Below, piece by piece: positions 39,288 to 47,693 of a DNA stretch of 64,000 nucleotides. How positions within the stretch are numbered: position 1 is the stretch's first letter; every line of letters begins with the position of its first letter. Both the position numbers and the translations under genes were made by a program. The stretch is taken from the NCBI GenBank assembly GCA_902782185.1, contig CACZLT010000023.1, positions 6,933-70,932 of the forward strand. Reading direction: 5' to 3'. This DNA is from an uncultured Bacteroidota bacterium (lineage in GTDB: Bacteria > Bacteroidota > Bacteroidia > Bacteroidales > P3). Under the pieces are notes generated by a model. That model saw only the letters and a program-made list of their open reading frames with translations. It was not told the origin of the DNA and ran no database searches.

Positions 39288-39782
39288 TCATTGGCCCAAC
39301 TTCGGGAAGTCAAGCACCTCCATTTCAGCGGGTTGCGGATTGAGTGCGAATCGGACAAGCGTAGCGGTCCTGTGGAACCCCTGGCGTCCCGCCGCACCGG
39401 GGTTGATGTGGAGGAAGCGGTACTCGGGGTCGTACATGACCCGGAGGATGTGGCTGTGTCCGCAGACGAAGATGTCGGGCTTGGCCAGCTCGAGGGTGCG
39501 GCGCAACCCGTAGGGGTAGTGGCCGGGCCAGCCGCCGACGTGCATCATCAGCACCCGCTGTCCCTCCATCTCGAAGAAGGCACGCTCCTCAAGTTCATAG
39601 TGCAAAGAAAAACTGTCGCAGTTGCCCCAGACGGCGCGGACGGGCTTGAACCGGCGAAGCTCGTCGAGCACCCCGGGGCCGATGTCGCCCGCGTGCCACA
39701 GTTCGTCGCAGTCCTTGAAGAAAGTGTAGACCTGCTTCGGCACGTCGCCGTGGGTGTCGCTCAGGACGCCGATTCGTTTCAT
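39288..39782 (-). CDS. YfcE/MJ0936-type metallophosphoesterase
   Basis: MKRIGVLSDTHGD..., WHAGDIG, VWGNCD, MHVGGW and VCGHSH are the calcineurin-like phosphoesterase motifs. The start was moved to ATG 39782. Confidence 0.85.
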   Translation of the reverse strand: MKRIGVLSDTHGDVPKQVYTFFKDCDELWHAGDIGPGVLDELRRFKPVRAVWGNCDSFSLHYELEERAFFEMEGQRVLMMHVGGWPGHYPYGLRRTLELAKPDIFVCGHSHILRVMYDPEYRFLHINPGAAGRQGFHRTATLVRFALNPQPAEMEVLDFPKLGQ

Positions 39783-40327
39783 TCGTTGGCGTGTATTTCG
39801 GCTAGGTTCTCGGCCACCATCTCCTTGAGGTAGGAGATAATCTTGTAGTCCCCCAGGGGCATGCCGCCGAGGGCCTCCTTGAGCTCGTCGGTGTCGAGGA
39901 CGAACTCGTCGTCGTCGGTGCGGTAGGTGATGACGAAATGGATGTCCTCGTGGGCGGAGAGGAGCATGACGAGAGTGCCCGGCAGATCGCCCATGGGGGG
40001 CCGGTCCCAATGGTCGTGCTGGAACCAGAATTCGAGGCGTGTGCCCTTGCCCACCTCGCTCTCCAGTTTCATGCCGCCTCCACAATTCTCGGTGTTCATC
40101 TTGATGAGCGGCAGGCCGAGACCCACCTTGCGGGTGGTGCGGCTGGTGGTGTAGGGATCGGTTACGCGGGCCAGGAACTCGGGGCTCATGCCGCGGCCGT
40201 TGTCCTCGATGGTGAAATGGAAATCGTTGTCCTTGAGGCTGTCCACTATGGTGAGGCGGACATCCTTGGAGTCGGCGGCCGTGGAGTTCTCCATCAGGTC
40301 GTAGACATGCATGGCCAGTTCTTTCAT
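39779..40327 (-). CDS. stand-alone GHKL (HATPase_c-type) ATP-binding protein
   Basis: It has EDNGRGM (G1/N-box region) and KVGLGLPLIK (G2 box), but no DHp/His or sensor domain, and a ~70-aa C-terminal extension. Its stop overlaps the phosphoesterase ATG (ATGA). Confidence 0.7.
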   Translation of the reverse strand: MKELAMHVYDLMENSTAADSKDVRLTIVDSLKDNDFHFTIEDNGRGMSPEFLARVTDPYTTSRTTRKVGLGLPLIKMNTENCGGGMKLESEVGKGTRLEFWFQHDHWDRPPMGDLPGTLVMLLSAHEDIHFVITYRTDDDEFVLDTDELKEALGGMPLGDYKIISYLKEMVAENLAEIHANE

Positions 40328-40351
40328 AATCGTACTGCTGTTTTCGGGCTG

Positions 40352-40359
40352 CAAAATTA
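40352..40359 (-). promoter_or_regulatory. -7 box (TAATTTTG) for the GHKL-phosphoesterase pair
   Basis: The reverse complement of caaaatta is TAATTTTG, 25 nt upstream of ATG 40327. Confidence 0.55.
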
Positions 40360-40384
40360 CACAAAAAAAAGCATACACGGATAA

Positions 40385-40392
40385 TATTTTTG
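40385..40392 (+). promoter_or_regulatory. -7 box (TATTTTTG) for the divergent lipoprotein gene
   Basis: TAnnTTTG match 38 nt upstream of ATG 40430. Confidence 0.55.
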
Positions 40393-40429
40393 CAAGGGTG
40401 TCGTTATGAGGGGGTAAAACGTGAAGAAC

Positions 40430-41377
40430 ATGAGGATAGCCAAAACGATACTCCTGCTGGCGGCAGCCTTCTGGCTGACGGCGTGCGACGGTGGCGACGA
40501 CGACTTCGTGGCGCCGGCGTTCCTGCACATCGAGTCCATCAAGGTGGTGCCGCCGGCGAGCAACGTCATCACGAGCGACTCCGGCTTCTACCGCTCGGAA
40601 ATCGTGTCGTGCAACGTGACCCTGCGCTACCCCGACTCGCGAGAACTGGTAACCCTGGGACACTTCGACCTGCCCTTCACCGTCCCCCTCCTGCACGACG
40701 GGCCGATACGCGAGATACAGGTCTACCCCTGCGTCAAGCAGAGCGGCAACTCGCGCACCCAGCCCTTCTACACCTTCTACAACGCCATCACCCTCAACAA
40801 GCACTCCTTCCGCATGGGCGGGGTGGACTACAGCGACACCCTCTTCAGCCGCAGCGGCGACACGCTGGACCTCGGGCCGCTGACCACCACCTACAACATC
40901 ACCCGCGCCAACGTGCTGATGTTCGAACCCTTCGAGCCCACCCAGGGCAGCCTCTTCCTCGACTCGGTGGTGTGGCACCGCCATGCCGCCGGCGACGCCT
41001 GCAGCGGCGAGGGCTACGCCTCGGTCCACGTGCCCGACTCGCTCTCGCGCGTACCCTTCTACATCAACCGCGACTTCTACGTCAACGACCCCACCAAGAT
41101 TATCTACGTCGAACTCGACCACCGCAGCGACATCCCCTTCGAACTCTACATGCACTCCAGCCAGGACAGCAACGCCACCGTCAACCAGCGAGGCGTCATG
41201 GTCATCAACCCCAGCCAGAAATGGCAGCACATGTACATCAACCTGGGACGCACCTGGAACTGGTTCGCCCACTACCCCCACTTCAAACTCAGCTTCGCCG
41301 CCCTCAACGCGAAAGGCCAGGAGGGCGAAGTGCGCATCGACAACATCAAGGTCATCACCACCAACGTCGTACTCTAG
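40430..41377 (+). CDS. hypothetical lipoprotein
   Basis: MRIAKTILLLAAAFWLTACDGG is a signal peptide plus lipobox. I recognise no family for the rest. Confidence 0.6.
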   Translation: MRIAKTILLLAAAFWLTACDGGDDDFVAPAFLHIESIKVVPPASNVITSDSGFYRSEIVSCNVTLRYPDSRELVTLGHFDLPFTVPLLHDGPIREIQVYPCVKQSGNSRTQPFYTFYNAITLNKHSFRMGGVDYSDTLFSRSGDTLDLGPLTTTYNITRANVLMFEPFEPTQGSLFLDSVVWHRHAAGDACSGEGYASVHVPDSLSRVPFYINRDFYVNDPTKIIYVELDHRSDIPFELYMHSSQDSNATVNQRGVMVINPSQKWQHMYINLGRTWNWFAHYPHFKLSFAALNAKGQEGEVRIDNIKVITTNVVL

Positions 41378-41427
41378 CCTCCCCCACCCCGCCCCCCAAG
41401 CTTCCCAACCCTTAAAAAAACACCCCC

Positions 41428-42837
41428 TTGCAAAAGAAACAAACCCTCAAGTACATCCTCTGCGACTTCCTCGCGGCACTGCTCTCGTGGGCGGCACTGT
41501 TCCTCTTCCGTAAGGCCAGCCTCGAACACCTGCCGCTGGACGGCGCCGTCCTGGCCGACCGCAACCTGTGGCTGGGGCTGGCGGTCGTCCCGCTGGGATG
41601 GCTCGTCCTCTACACCCTCCAGGGCACCTACCGCAACGTGCTGCGCAAGGCGCGCGTCAAGGAACTGCTCGACACCCTGCTGGCCACCCTCATCGGCGTG
41701 GTGGCCCTCTTCTTCCTCCTGCTGGTGGACGACCACGTCTCCACCTACGCCGGCCACTACCGCGCCTTCCTCTTCCTGCTGGGCACCCACTTCGTGCTGA
41801 CCTACCTGCCCCGCATGCTCATCACCTCGCAGACCGCCCACCAGGTGCACACCCGCCGCCTGGGCTTCCCCACCCTCATGATCGGAAGCAAGAAGAAAGC
41901 CTTCCAGACCTACCTCGACCTTGAGAACCAGGAGACCTACAGCGGCAACCAGTTCGTGGGCTTCGTAACCGTCAACGGCGCCGTCGAGCCCCAGCTCCAG
42001 TCCGTCATGCCCCACCTGGGCAGCATCGACGACCTGCGCCCGCTCATCGACCGCCACGGCGTCGAGGAGGTCATCATCGCCGTTGAGGACTACGAGCGCG
42101 ACAAAATCAACGAAATACTCCGCGCCCTCAACACCTGCGGCGACCTCATCATCAAGATCACCCCCGACGCGCGCGACCTCATCATCGGCTCCATCAAGCA
42201 GGAGAGCATCTTCCACTCGCCCTTCATCGTCATCAACAACCGCCTGATGGCCGAGTGGCAGTACTCGGTGAAACGCATCGCCGACATCGTCATCTCACTG
42301 CTGGCCATGGTCGTCCTGTCGCCTGTCTACCTGGTTACCGCCCTCATCGTCAAGTCCACCTCGCCCGGCCCCGTCTTCTATGCCCAGGAGCGCGTGGGCT
42401 ACCACGGCCGCCCCTTCCGCATGCACAAGTTCCGATCCATGTACGTCGACGCCGAGCAGCAGGGACCCGCCCTCTCCAAGGACAACGACCCCCGCATCAC
42501 ACCCTTCGGCCGCTTCATGCGCAAGGTGCGCCTCGACGAGATACCCCAGTTCTGGAACGTGCTGCGCGGCACCATGAGCATCGTCGGCCCACGGCCCGAG
42601 CGGCAGTTCTACATCGACCAAATCGTCAAACGCGCCCCCGAATACCTGCTGCTGCAGCGCGTCAAGCCCGGCATCACCAGCTGGGGTCAGGTCAAGTACG
42701 GCTACGCCTCCAACGTCGACGAGATGATCGAACGCCTGCGCTACGACCTGCTCTACCTGGACAACATGTCCATCACCACCGACCTCAAAATCATGGTCTA
42801 CACCGCCAAGATCATCGTCCAAGGCCGCGGCAAATAG
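41428..42837 (+). CDS. polyprenyl-phosphate glycosyl-phosphotransferase (WbaP/EpsB-type 'bacterial sugar transferase')
   Basis: It has N-terminal TM helices and a C-terminal PF02397-type core KRIADIVISLLAMVVLSPVYL...GRPFRMHKFRSM...PRITPFGRFMRKVRLDEIPQFWNVLRGTMSIVGPRP. The only upstream in-frame start is TTG 41428. Confidence 0.8.
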   Translation: MQKKQTLKYILCDFLAALLSWAALFLFRKASLEHLPLDGAVLADRNLWLGLAVVPLGWLVLYTLQGTYRNVLRKARVKELLDTLLATLIGVVALFFLLLVDDHVSTYAGHYRAFLFLLGTHFVLTYLPRMLITSQTAHQVHTRRLGFPTLMIGSKKKAFQTYLDLENQETYSGNQFVGFVTVNGAVEPQLQSVMPHLGSIDDLRPLIDRHGVEEVIIAVEDYERDKINEILRALNTCGDLIIKITPDARDLIIGSIKQESIFHSPFIVINNRLMAEWQYSVKRIADIVISLLAMVVLSPVYLVTALIVKSTSPGPVFYAQERVGYHGRPFRMHKFRSMYVDAEQQGPALSKDNDPRITPFGRFMRKVRLDEIPQFWNVLRGTMSIVGPRPERQFYIDQIVKRAPEYLLLQRVKPGITSWGQVKYGYASNVDEMIERLRYDLLYLDNMSITTDLKIMVYTAKIIVQGRGK

Positions 42838-42878
42838 CCGACCGGCGCACACTGTCCCTTCCAATTCACGAGGAAAAA

Positions 42879-42936
42879 GACTACCCATTTGGGTAGAAAT
42901 GCATGTTCGGACACATTTCTACCCAAATGGGCAGTC
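42879..42936 (+). promoter_or_regulatory. twin palindromes / 23-bp hairpin (CTACCCA-NN-TGGGTAG x2) upstream of the lipoprotein-S8 operon
   Basis: gactacccatttgggtagaaatg (42879-42901) is complementary to catttctacccaaatgggcagtc (42914-42936) with one mismatch. Each arm is itself a 16-bp palindrome, ctacccatttgggtag and ctacccaaatgggcag. Confidence 0.5.
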
Positions 42937-42956
42937 TCATATTGGAAAAATATTCG

Positions 42957-42964
42957 TATTTTTG
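42957..42964 (+). promoter_or_regulatory. -7 box (TATTTTTG) for the lipoprotein-S8 operon
   Basis: TAnnTTTG match 65 nt upstream of ATG 43029 and about 20 nt downstream of the second palindrome. Confidence 0.55.
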
Positions 42965-43028
42965 CATCAGAAAACCAATGGAACTTTTAAAATCATTTGT
43001 TTATTAACAGACTAAAGACCAAACAATT

Positions 43029-43535
43029 ATGTCAGAACGCTCAAGACAAAACACCCGAAGAAGCCCCCGCTGGCTGCTCCCGCTGGCCGCAGTGTGCCTG
43101 CTGGCGGCAGGATGTGAACCCGAACCTGCGGAACGCGAGTACCACCCAACCACAGAAGGCATCCTCCTAAAAGGAGAAGTTGCCTTGATTTTGGAATGGG
43201 GACACGGGGCAAGCATTGCACTGAATGTAACCAATCTACCCGACTTTGGCAGAACTGGAGAGTGCGACTGGTGTTGTGCAGAGAGGTTTTCCTTCGAGTA
43301 CGACAACACTGTATTGATAACAAATCCGTTCAACGATGCCGGCGAAGTCGCATTGGATGTGCCTGGCGCAGAACTAATGGATGGACTTACCGTGGGGAAA
43401 ACCGTCGTTGTCGTTTGCACCGACACCAATCGGTTACCCTCTTTTTACACCTATGTTCCAGGAGCCTCCACCCAAGACCACTGGTCGCTGGAAGGCCGAA
43501 AACTGGCCATCCGCGAGGTATTGGACGTGTTCTGA
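43029..43535 (+). CDS. hypothetical lipoprotein A (shares its signal module with lipoprotein B)
   Basis: MSERSRQNTRRSPRWLLPLAAVCLLAAGCEPEP is a signal peptide plus lipobox. I recognise no family for the mature part. Confidence 0.65.
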   Translation: MSERSRQNTRRSPRWLLPLAAVCLLAAGCEPEPAEREYHPTTEGILLKGEVALILEWGHGASIALNVTNLPDFGRTGECDWCCAERFSFEYDNTVLITNPFNDAGEVALDVPGAELMDGLTVGKTVVVVCTDTNRLPSFYTYVPGASTQDHWSLEGRKLAIREVLDVF

Positions 43536-43585
43536 TCTTGAATTCCGATTATAAAACAAAATTTATTAATTAAATCAACCATCTT

Positions 43586-44041
43586 ATGAAACACGACAGA
43601 CAACACAGAAGCCTCCGTTGGCTGCTCCCGCTGGCCGCGATGTGCCTGCTGGCGGCAGGATGCGAACCCGAACCGCAACCCGAACCGCAACCCGAACCGG
43701 AAATTGACTACTCCAATGCCCAATGGTGGGAGTACCGGGAAAATCGTTACCCAGACTGTTATGTAAAGCTATGCATATCTTGGGAAGAGAATCACTTCCG
43801 TTCATACGTGAGTTTCCCTGCTGGAACAACATATTTTATAGACAGTTTTGATGTGGAATTCACAATGGTTGGCGATACAATGCGATACTTGACCAATATT
43901 TCAACGCACCCTAGCTACGTTTTTCCGGGGTGGCTGGTTGAGTTTCCAACAGACTCGACGATGCACTGGGCTTTTCTTGGCTATCAGATAGGTATCAATC
44001 CTAGAAGAGAAAATTACTTGTTTAATTTAATAGAAAACTAA
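43586..44041 (+). CDS. hypothetical lipoprotein B
   Basis: MKHDRQHRSLRWLLPLAAMCLLAAGCEPEPQPEPQPEPE is a signal peptide, lipobox and (EPQP)n linker. I recognise no family for the mature part. Confidence 0.65.
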   Translation: MKHDRQHRSLRWLLPLAAMCLLAAGCEPEPQPEPQPEPEIDYSNAQWWEYRENRYPDCYVKLCISWEENHFRSYVSFPAGTTYFIDSFDVEFTMVGDTMRYLTNISTHPSYVFPGWLVEFPTDSTMHWAFLGYQIGINPRRENYLFNLIEN

Positions 44042-44043
44042 CG

Positions 44044-46647
44044 ATGACATACAGACTTGTCTTTTTAACCCTATTATTGGCAGGAGTGTTCCAGGCCAAT
44101 GCCCAGTCTTTCATGTATTGGAAAGATGGGGAGAAAATAGATTTTGAAGTGGTAGCCGGGAACAGGCTGGTCATGTTCGACCCCAGTCTTGACGAGGGAA
44201 AAAGAATCGAGTACAGGAACAGGCTGGCAGAGTTGGTCGGCGTTGAGAATGTGAATGAACTCACGCCCGTGTTGCTGGAGGCACGCGCATCTGACACCTT
44301 CATTAAAGAATGGCGAGACCTGCTGGAGGACGACTCACTCCGCGTCAATGTTGCCTGTGCGTTGCGGGGAGAGGATGGTGGCCTACAGTACTGCAGCAAC
44401 AGGATGTTTGTAAAGGCGGACTCCCAAACGGCGTTGGTTTCCCTGTTGAATCGGGAAAACGTACCCTATTCCGAGATAGCCACGTTCTGGTGTTCCGAGA
44501 ACGTCTTTGTCGTGTCGGTCCCGGGGTTTGAAGTGAGGACGCTGGAATATTCCAACCGGCTGATGGAGACAGGGGAGGTGGATTTCGCCCAGCCCAACTT
44601 CTGGCGGTTCATCAAACCTTCGAATCCCCATTACGGCGACCAGTGGGGCCTGGTGAACACCGGACAATACGGTGGCCTCGCTGGAATGGACATCAATATC
44701 AGTGGCACATCCTCGGTCAGTAGTGCATGGTATACTTCGACGGGGAGCAACGTGAAGGTCGCCGTGCTTGATGAAGGAGTCGATATTACCCATACCGACT
44801 TGATTAACAACATGTTGCCCGGATACGATGCCACAGACGGAATGATGGCGGGAGACAACGGTGCGTGTGCAAGCGGCGACGGACACGGCACGGCATGCGC
44901 CGGAATCATTGCCGCCGGGAACAACGGCATAGGTGTCAAGGGCGTTGCCTACGATGCAAAAATCATCCCGATAAGGATTGCATATGGAGTAGCCTTATCT
45001 GATGGGGAACGTGAAATGTGTACCTCTGACGATTGGATTGTGAGTGGCATATGCGAAGCGTGGACGAACCGTGGCGCCGATGTCCTTCTCTGCTCATGGG
45101 AGGGCGGCACCCGTTCCTGGGTTGTCGAGGCAGCGTTGTTGGATGCAGTCTATTCGGGCCGTAGCAGCAAGGGCTGTGTTGTGGTCTTCCCCTCGGGTAA
45201 CGCCAAAAATCCTGACGACCCTATCGATTCAAGGATTCGCCCACTGGGAGGGATGCGAAACAATTCTCTCGTGGTGGGAGCCATGTCCCCTTGTGGGGAA
45301 AGAAAGTCTTTCACTTCCTGCGACGGGGAAAGCAGCTGGGCCAGCCGCTACGGAAACCATCTGGACATCGTTGCCCCCGGAGTCTTCATCTCGACGACAG
45401 ACAACCAGGGCAACGGAGGGTACAATGCGGGGACGTCGGATTATTCCGACCTGGCCTATACAAAGTGGTTCGGAGGCTCATCTGCGGCAAGTGCCCATGT
45501 GGCCGGTGTTGCAGCACTGATGATAGCGGCCTATCCCGGCATCACCGCAGCGGAGGTCTACTCGATAATAAAAAGCACCGCGCAGAAAGTCAGGCCCGAC
45601 CTGTATGATTACATTTATGAAAGCAGCTGGTCTTATGGCACGAGGAATAACGAAGTTGGGCATGGTCTGATAAATGCATCCCTGGCTGTACGGTCAGCAT
45701 TGATGCTCCCGTACACAACACTGGATGTGTTCATCCGCGACAACATGGCCGACAACGGCACGGAGCCCAACGCCACAACCACCACGTTTTTCGACTCCCC
45801 CGACATCTGGCTGACCAACCCGAACGGCAATGTGGTCGACAACCCCGTCTGCGGGCAGCCCTACACGCTCCATGTCCGCGTCCACAACCGCTCGGCCTAC
45901 ACCTCCTCCGGCGCCTCCCTCTCGCTCCGCTGGCGCACCTGTGCGGCCTCTCCCTGCTGGCGCGACGGGTGGTTCAACACCTCGCCGTTCCACGGCAGTC
46001 CCACCAGCGGTGCCATCGCCCAGGTCAGCCTCGGCCCCATCCCCGCCGGACAACACGCCGAGTACACCGTCGCCTGGACCGCACCCTCCTTCCAGAGCAA
46101 CAGCTACATACCCCAGGCCGGCGACACCCAGCCCCTCTCCGTCTGCGCCCTGCTGGACGACGGCAACCCCGTCCCCGGCATCGACGCCAACGCCCGCCCC
46201 ATGGCCGACTTCGCGCGGCAGAGCAACAACGTGGCCTGGAAACGCCTCACGCTCACCTTCGACCCCCACGTCTGGATCGAGGAACCCCTCATCCCCATCC
46301 TGGGCGCTCCGGCCACCCTCACCGGCGGGAGCAGCGAGGCCGACGCGCAGCTGACCTGGCGCGGCGCCGACGGCACGGTGCTCCTGGGCGCCATCCTGTC
46401 GGTCAGCCCCAACCCCGCCGCAGGGCAGACCGAGGTGGCCTGCCGCCTGTCCCCCGTCCTGGCGGGCGCCACACTGCTGCTGACCAACACGGTGGGCCTG
46501 CCGGTGCTGGCCGAGACGGTAACACCTGCCGCCGACGGCACCGCCTCCTGCACCCTCCCCCTGCACGGCGTGCCCGCCGGGCAATACCAGCTGCGCCTGA
46601 CGGCCGGCACCCAGCTCATCGACGCCCGCACACTGGTAGTGCGGTAG
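44044..46647 (+). CDS. S8 (subtilisin-like) serine peptidase with a T9SS C-terminal sorting domain
   Basis: It has a signal peptide and a long N-terminal pro-region. The catalytic triad contexts are VAVLDEGVD, GHGTACAGII and GGSSAASAHVAGVAAL. The C-terminus ...GVPAGQYQLRLTAGTQLIDARTLVVR is typical of a T9SS CTD. Confidence 0.85.
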   Translation: MTYRLVFLTLLLAGVFQANAQSFMYWKDGEKIDFEVVAGNRLVMFDPSLDEGKRIEYRNRLAELVGVENVNELTPVLLEARASDTFIKEWRDLLEDDSLRVNVACALRGEDGGLQYCSNRMFVKADSQTALVSLLNRENVPYSEIATFWCSENVFVVSVPGFEVRTLEYSNRLMETGEVDFAQPNFWRFIKPSNPHYGDQWGLVNTGQYGGLAGMDINISGTSSVSSAWYTSTGSNVKVAVLDEGVDITHTDLINNMLPGYDATDGMMAGDNGACASGDGHGTACAGIIAAGNNGIGVKGVAYDAKIIPIRIAYGVALSDGEREMCTSDDWIVSGICEAWTNRGADVLLCSWEGGTRSWVVEAALLDAVYSGRSSKGCVVVFPSGNAKNPDDPIDSRIRPLGGMRNNSLVVGAMSPCGERKSFTSCDGESSWASRYGNHLDIVAPGVFISTTDNQGNGGYNAGTSDYSDLAYTKWFGGSSAASAHVAGVAALMIAAYPGITAAEVYSIIKSTAQKVRPDLYDYIYESSWSYGTRNNEVGHGLINASLAVRSALMLPYTTLDVFIRDNMADNGTEPNATTTTFFDSPDIWLTNPNGNVVDNPVCGQPYTLHVRVHNRSAYTSSGASLSLRWRTCAASPCWRDGWFNTSPFHGSPTSGAIAQVSLGPIPAGQHAEYTVAWTAPSFQSNSYIPQAGDTQPLSVCALLDDGNPVPGIDANARPMADFARQSNNVAWKRLTLTFDPHVWIEEPLIPILGAPATLTGGSSEADAQLTWRGADGTVLLGAILSVSPNPAAGQTEVACRLSPVLAGATLLLTNTVGLPVLAETVTPAADGTASCTLPLHGVPAGQYQLRLTAGTQLIDARTLVVR

Positions 46648-46661
46648 CCGCAGCGGATCAG

Positions 46662-46702
46662 AGTCCGGCGGCGGCTCCCCGACAGGGGGCCGCCGCCGGA
46701 CT
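46662..46702. terminator. bidirectional GC-rich hairpin between the convergent S8 and LuxR genes
   Basis: agtccggcggcgg / ccgccgccggact forms a 13-bp stem with an inner cccc/gggg extension, followed by ttggttatttg. Confidence 0.65.
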
Positions 46703-46719
46703 TGGTTATTTGAAACAGT

Positions 46720-47466
46720 CTAGATGAGGCAGAGGTCGTCGGCCACGGCCAGGGCATGGCTCACACTGCTGACACCCAGGCGGGCGAAGACGTTCTTGCG
46801 GTAGTATTTCACCGTGTCGACCGAGCGGTACATCATCGCGGCAATCTCCTCAACAGAATAGCCACGCGAGGAGAGCGAGAGCATCTCCATCTCGGTGTCG
46901 GAGAGCCTGTCGTCAGGCAGCGCCTCCCAATGCCCCTTCTTCTTGTCGTCGACGAAGTGGTAGCGCTTGTGCGACTTGGCGTTCCCGATGATGATGTGCC
47001 CGCCGTCGCGCATGGCCGAGCGCGAGACCAGCACCAGCACCAGCCAGGGACGGCCGTCGCAGTCGGTGGCGAAGACTTTCGCCTTCTGGTGTATGAGGAC
47101 AACGTTGCGGCCGAGTGTCATGTTGACATCGACGGACATCACCTCGTCGACCCAGTCGGGGTGTTTCCCCTGCCGGAAGGCGGCGTTGAATGCGTGGTCG
47201 AACTTGCGCAGCAACGGTATGTCGGAGGCGTTGGAGATATATTTCTCAAACATCCGTTGACCCAGCGGCATCACCTTGTCGCGGGTGCAGTGGAAATGCT
47301 TCAGCAGACAGTCGGAGACATAGAGGAAATTGTTCCGGGCCAGGTCGACCACGTAGATGCAGGGCGTCATCATGCGGGCGAAGGCAGCGGTAACGTCGAC
47401 GGCAGGAGAGACCAAGATGTAGTCCTGCTCGGTGAAACTGCCGAATTTTCTGGGCGACTTGTACAT
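46720..47466 (-). CDS. LuxR-family transcriptional regulator with an N-terminal PAS-like domain
   Basis: The C-terminal HTH LSDTEMEMLSLSSRGYSVEEIAAMMYRSVDTVKYYRKNVFARLGVSS is GerE/LuxR-type. The N-terminal ~170 aa are sensor-like. Confidence 0.8.
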   Translation of the reverse strand: MYKSPRKFGSFTEQDYILVSPAVDVTAAFARMMTPCIYVVDLARNNFLYVSDCLLKHFHCTRDKVMPLGQRMFEKYISNASDIPLLRKFDHAFNAAFRQGKHPDWVDEVMSVDVNMTLGRNVVLIHQKAKVFATDCDGRPWLVLVLVSRSAMRDGGHIIIGNAKSHKRYHFVDDKKKGHWEALPDDRLSDTEMEMLSLSSRGYSVEEIAAMMYRSVDTVKYYRKNVFARLGVSSVSHALAVADDLCLI

Positions 47467-47489
47467 GGGCGGCGTATCTATTTTTTTTG

Positions 47490-47497
47490 CAAAATTA
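47490..47497 (-). promoter_or_regulatory. -7 box (TAATTTTG) for the LuxR gene
   Basis: The reverse complement of caaaatta is TAATTTTG, 24 nt upstream of ATG 47466. Confidence 0.55.
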
Positions 47498-47660
47498 CAA
47501 AAAAAATACTACTCATTTGAGTAAAAATTCACATTTGGACCGTAAGTTCCAATAAGAAACGCAACTTTTTGAGGGAAAAACGAAGGCTGAAAAAGGAGTT
47601 TTTTTCCGGCAAAGGAAGAGGAAAAACAGCTCTCCCCTTGCGCAGACGGAAAAAAGATTG

Positions 47661-47668
47661 TACCTTTG
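47661..47668 (+). promoter_or_regulatory. -7 box (TACCTTTG) upstream of the IS30-like fragment
   Basis: TAnnTTTG match 26 nt upstream of ATG 47694. Confidence 0.5.
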
Positions 47669-47693
47669 CGGCCTCCTTCCAAAAAGTAGCAAA

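Noticed and set aside
39783-41281. Long upstream extensions of minus-strand ORFs. These are 39288..40364, 39779..41281, 53220..54605, 53918..55543 and 27146..28081.
   Set aside because: The recognisable proteins begin at internal ATGs (39782, 40327, 53921, 54577, 27586). These form 4-nt overlaps with, or sit just after, the preceding gene, and the extensions are R/P/G-rich and overlap real genes.
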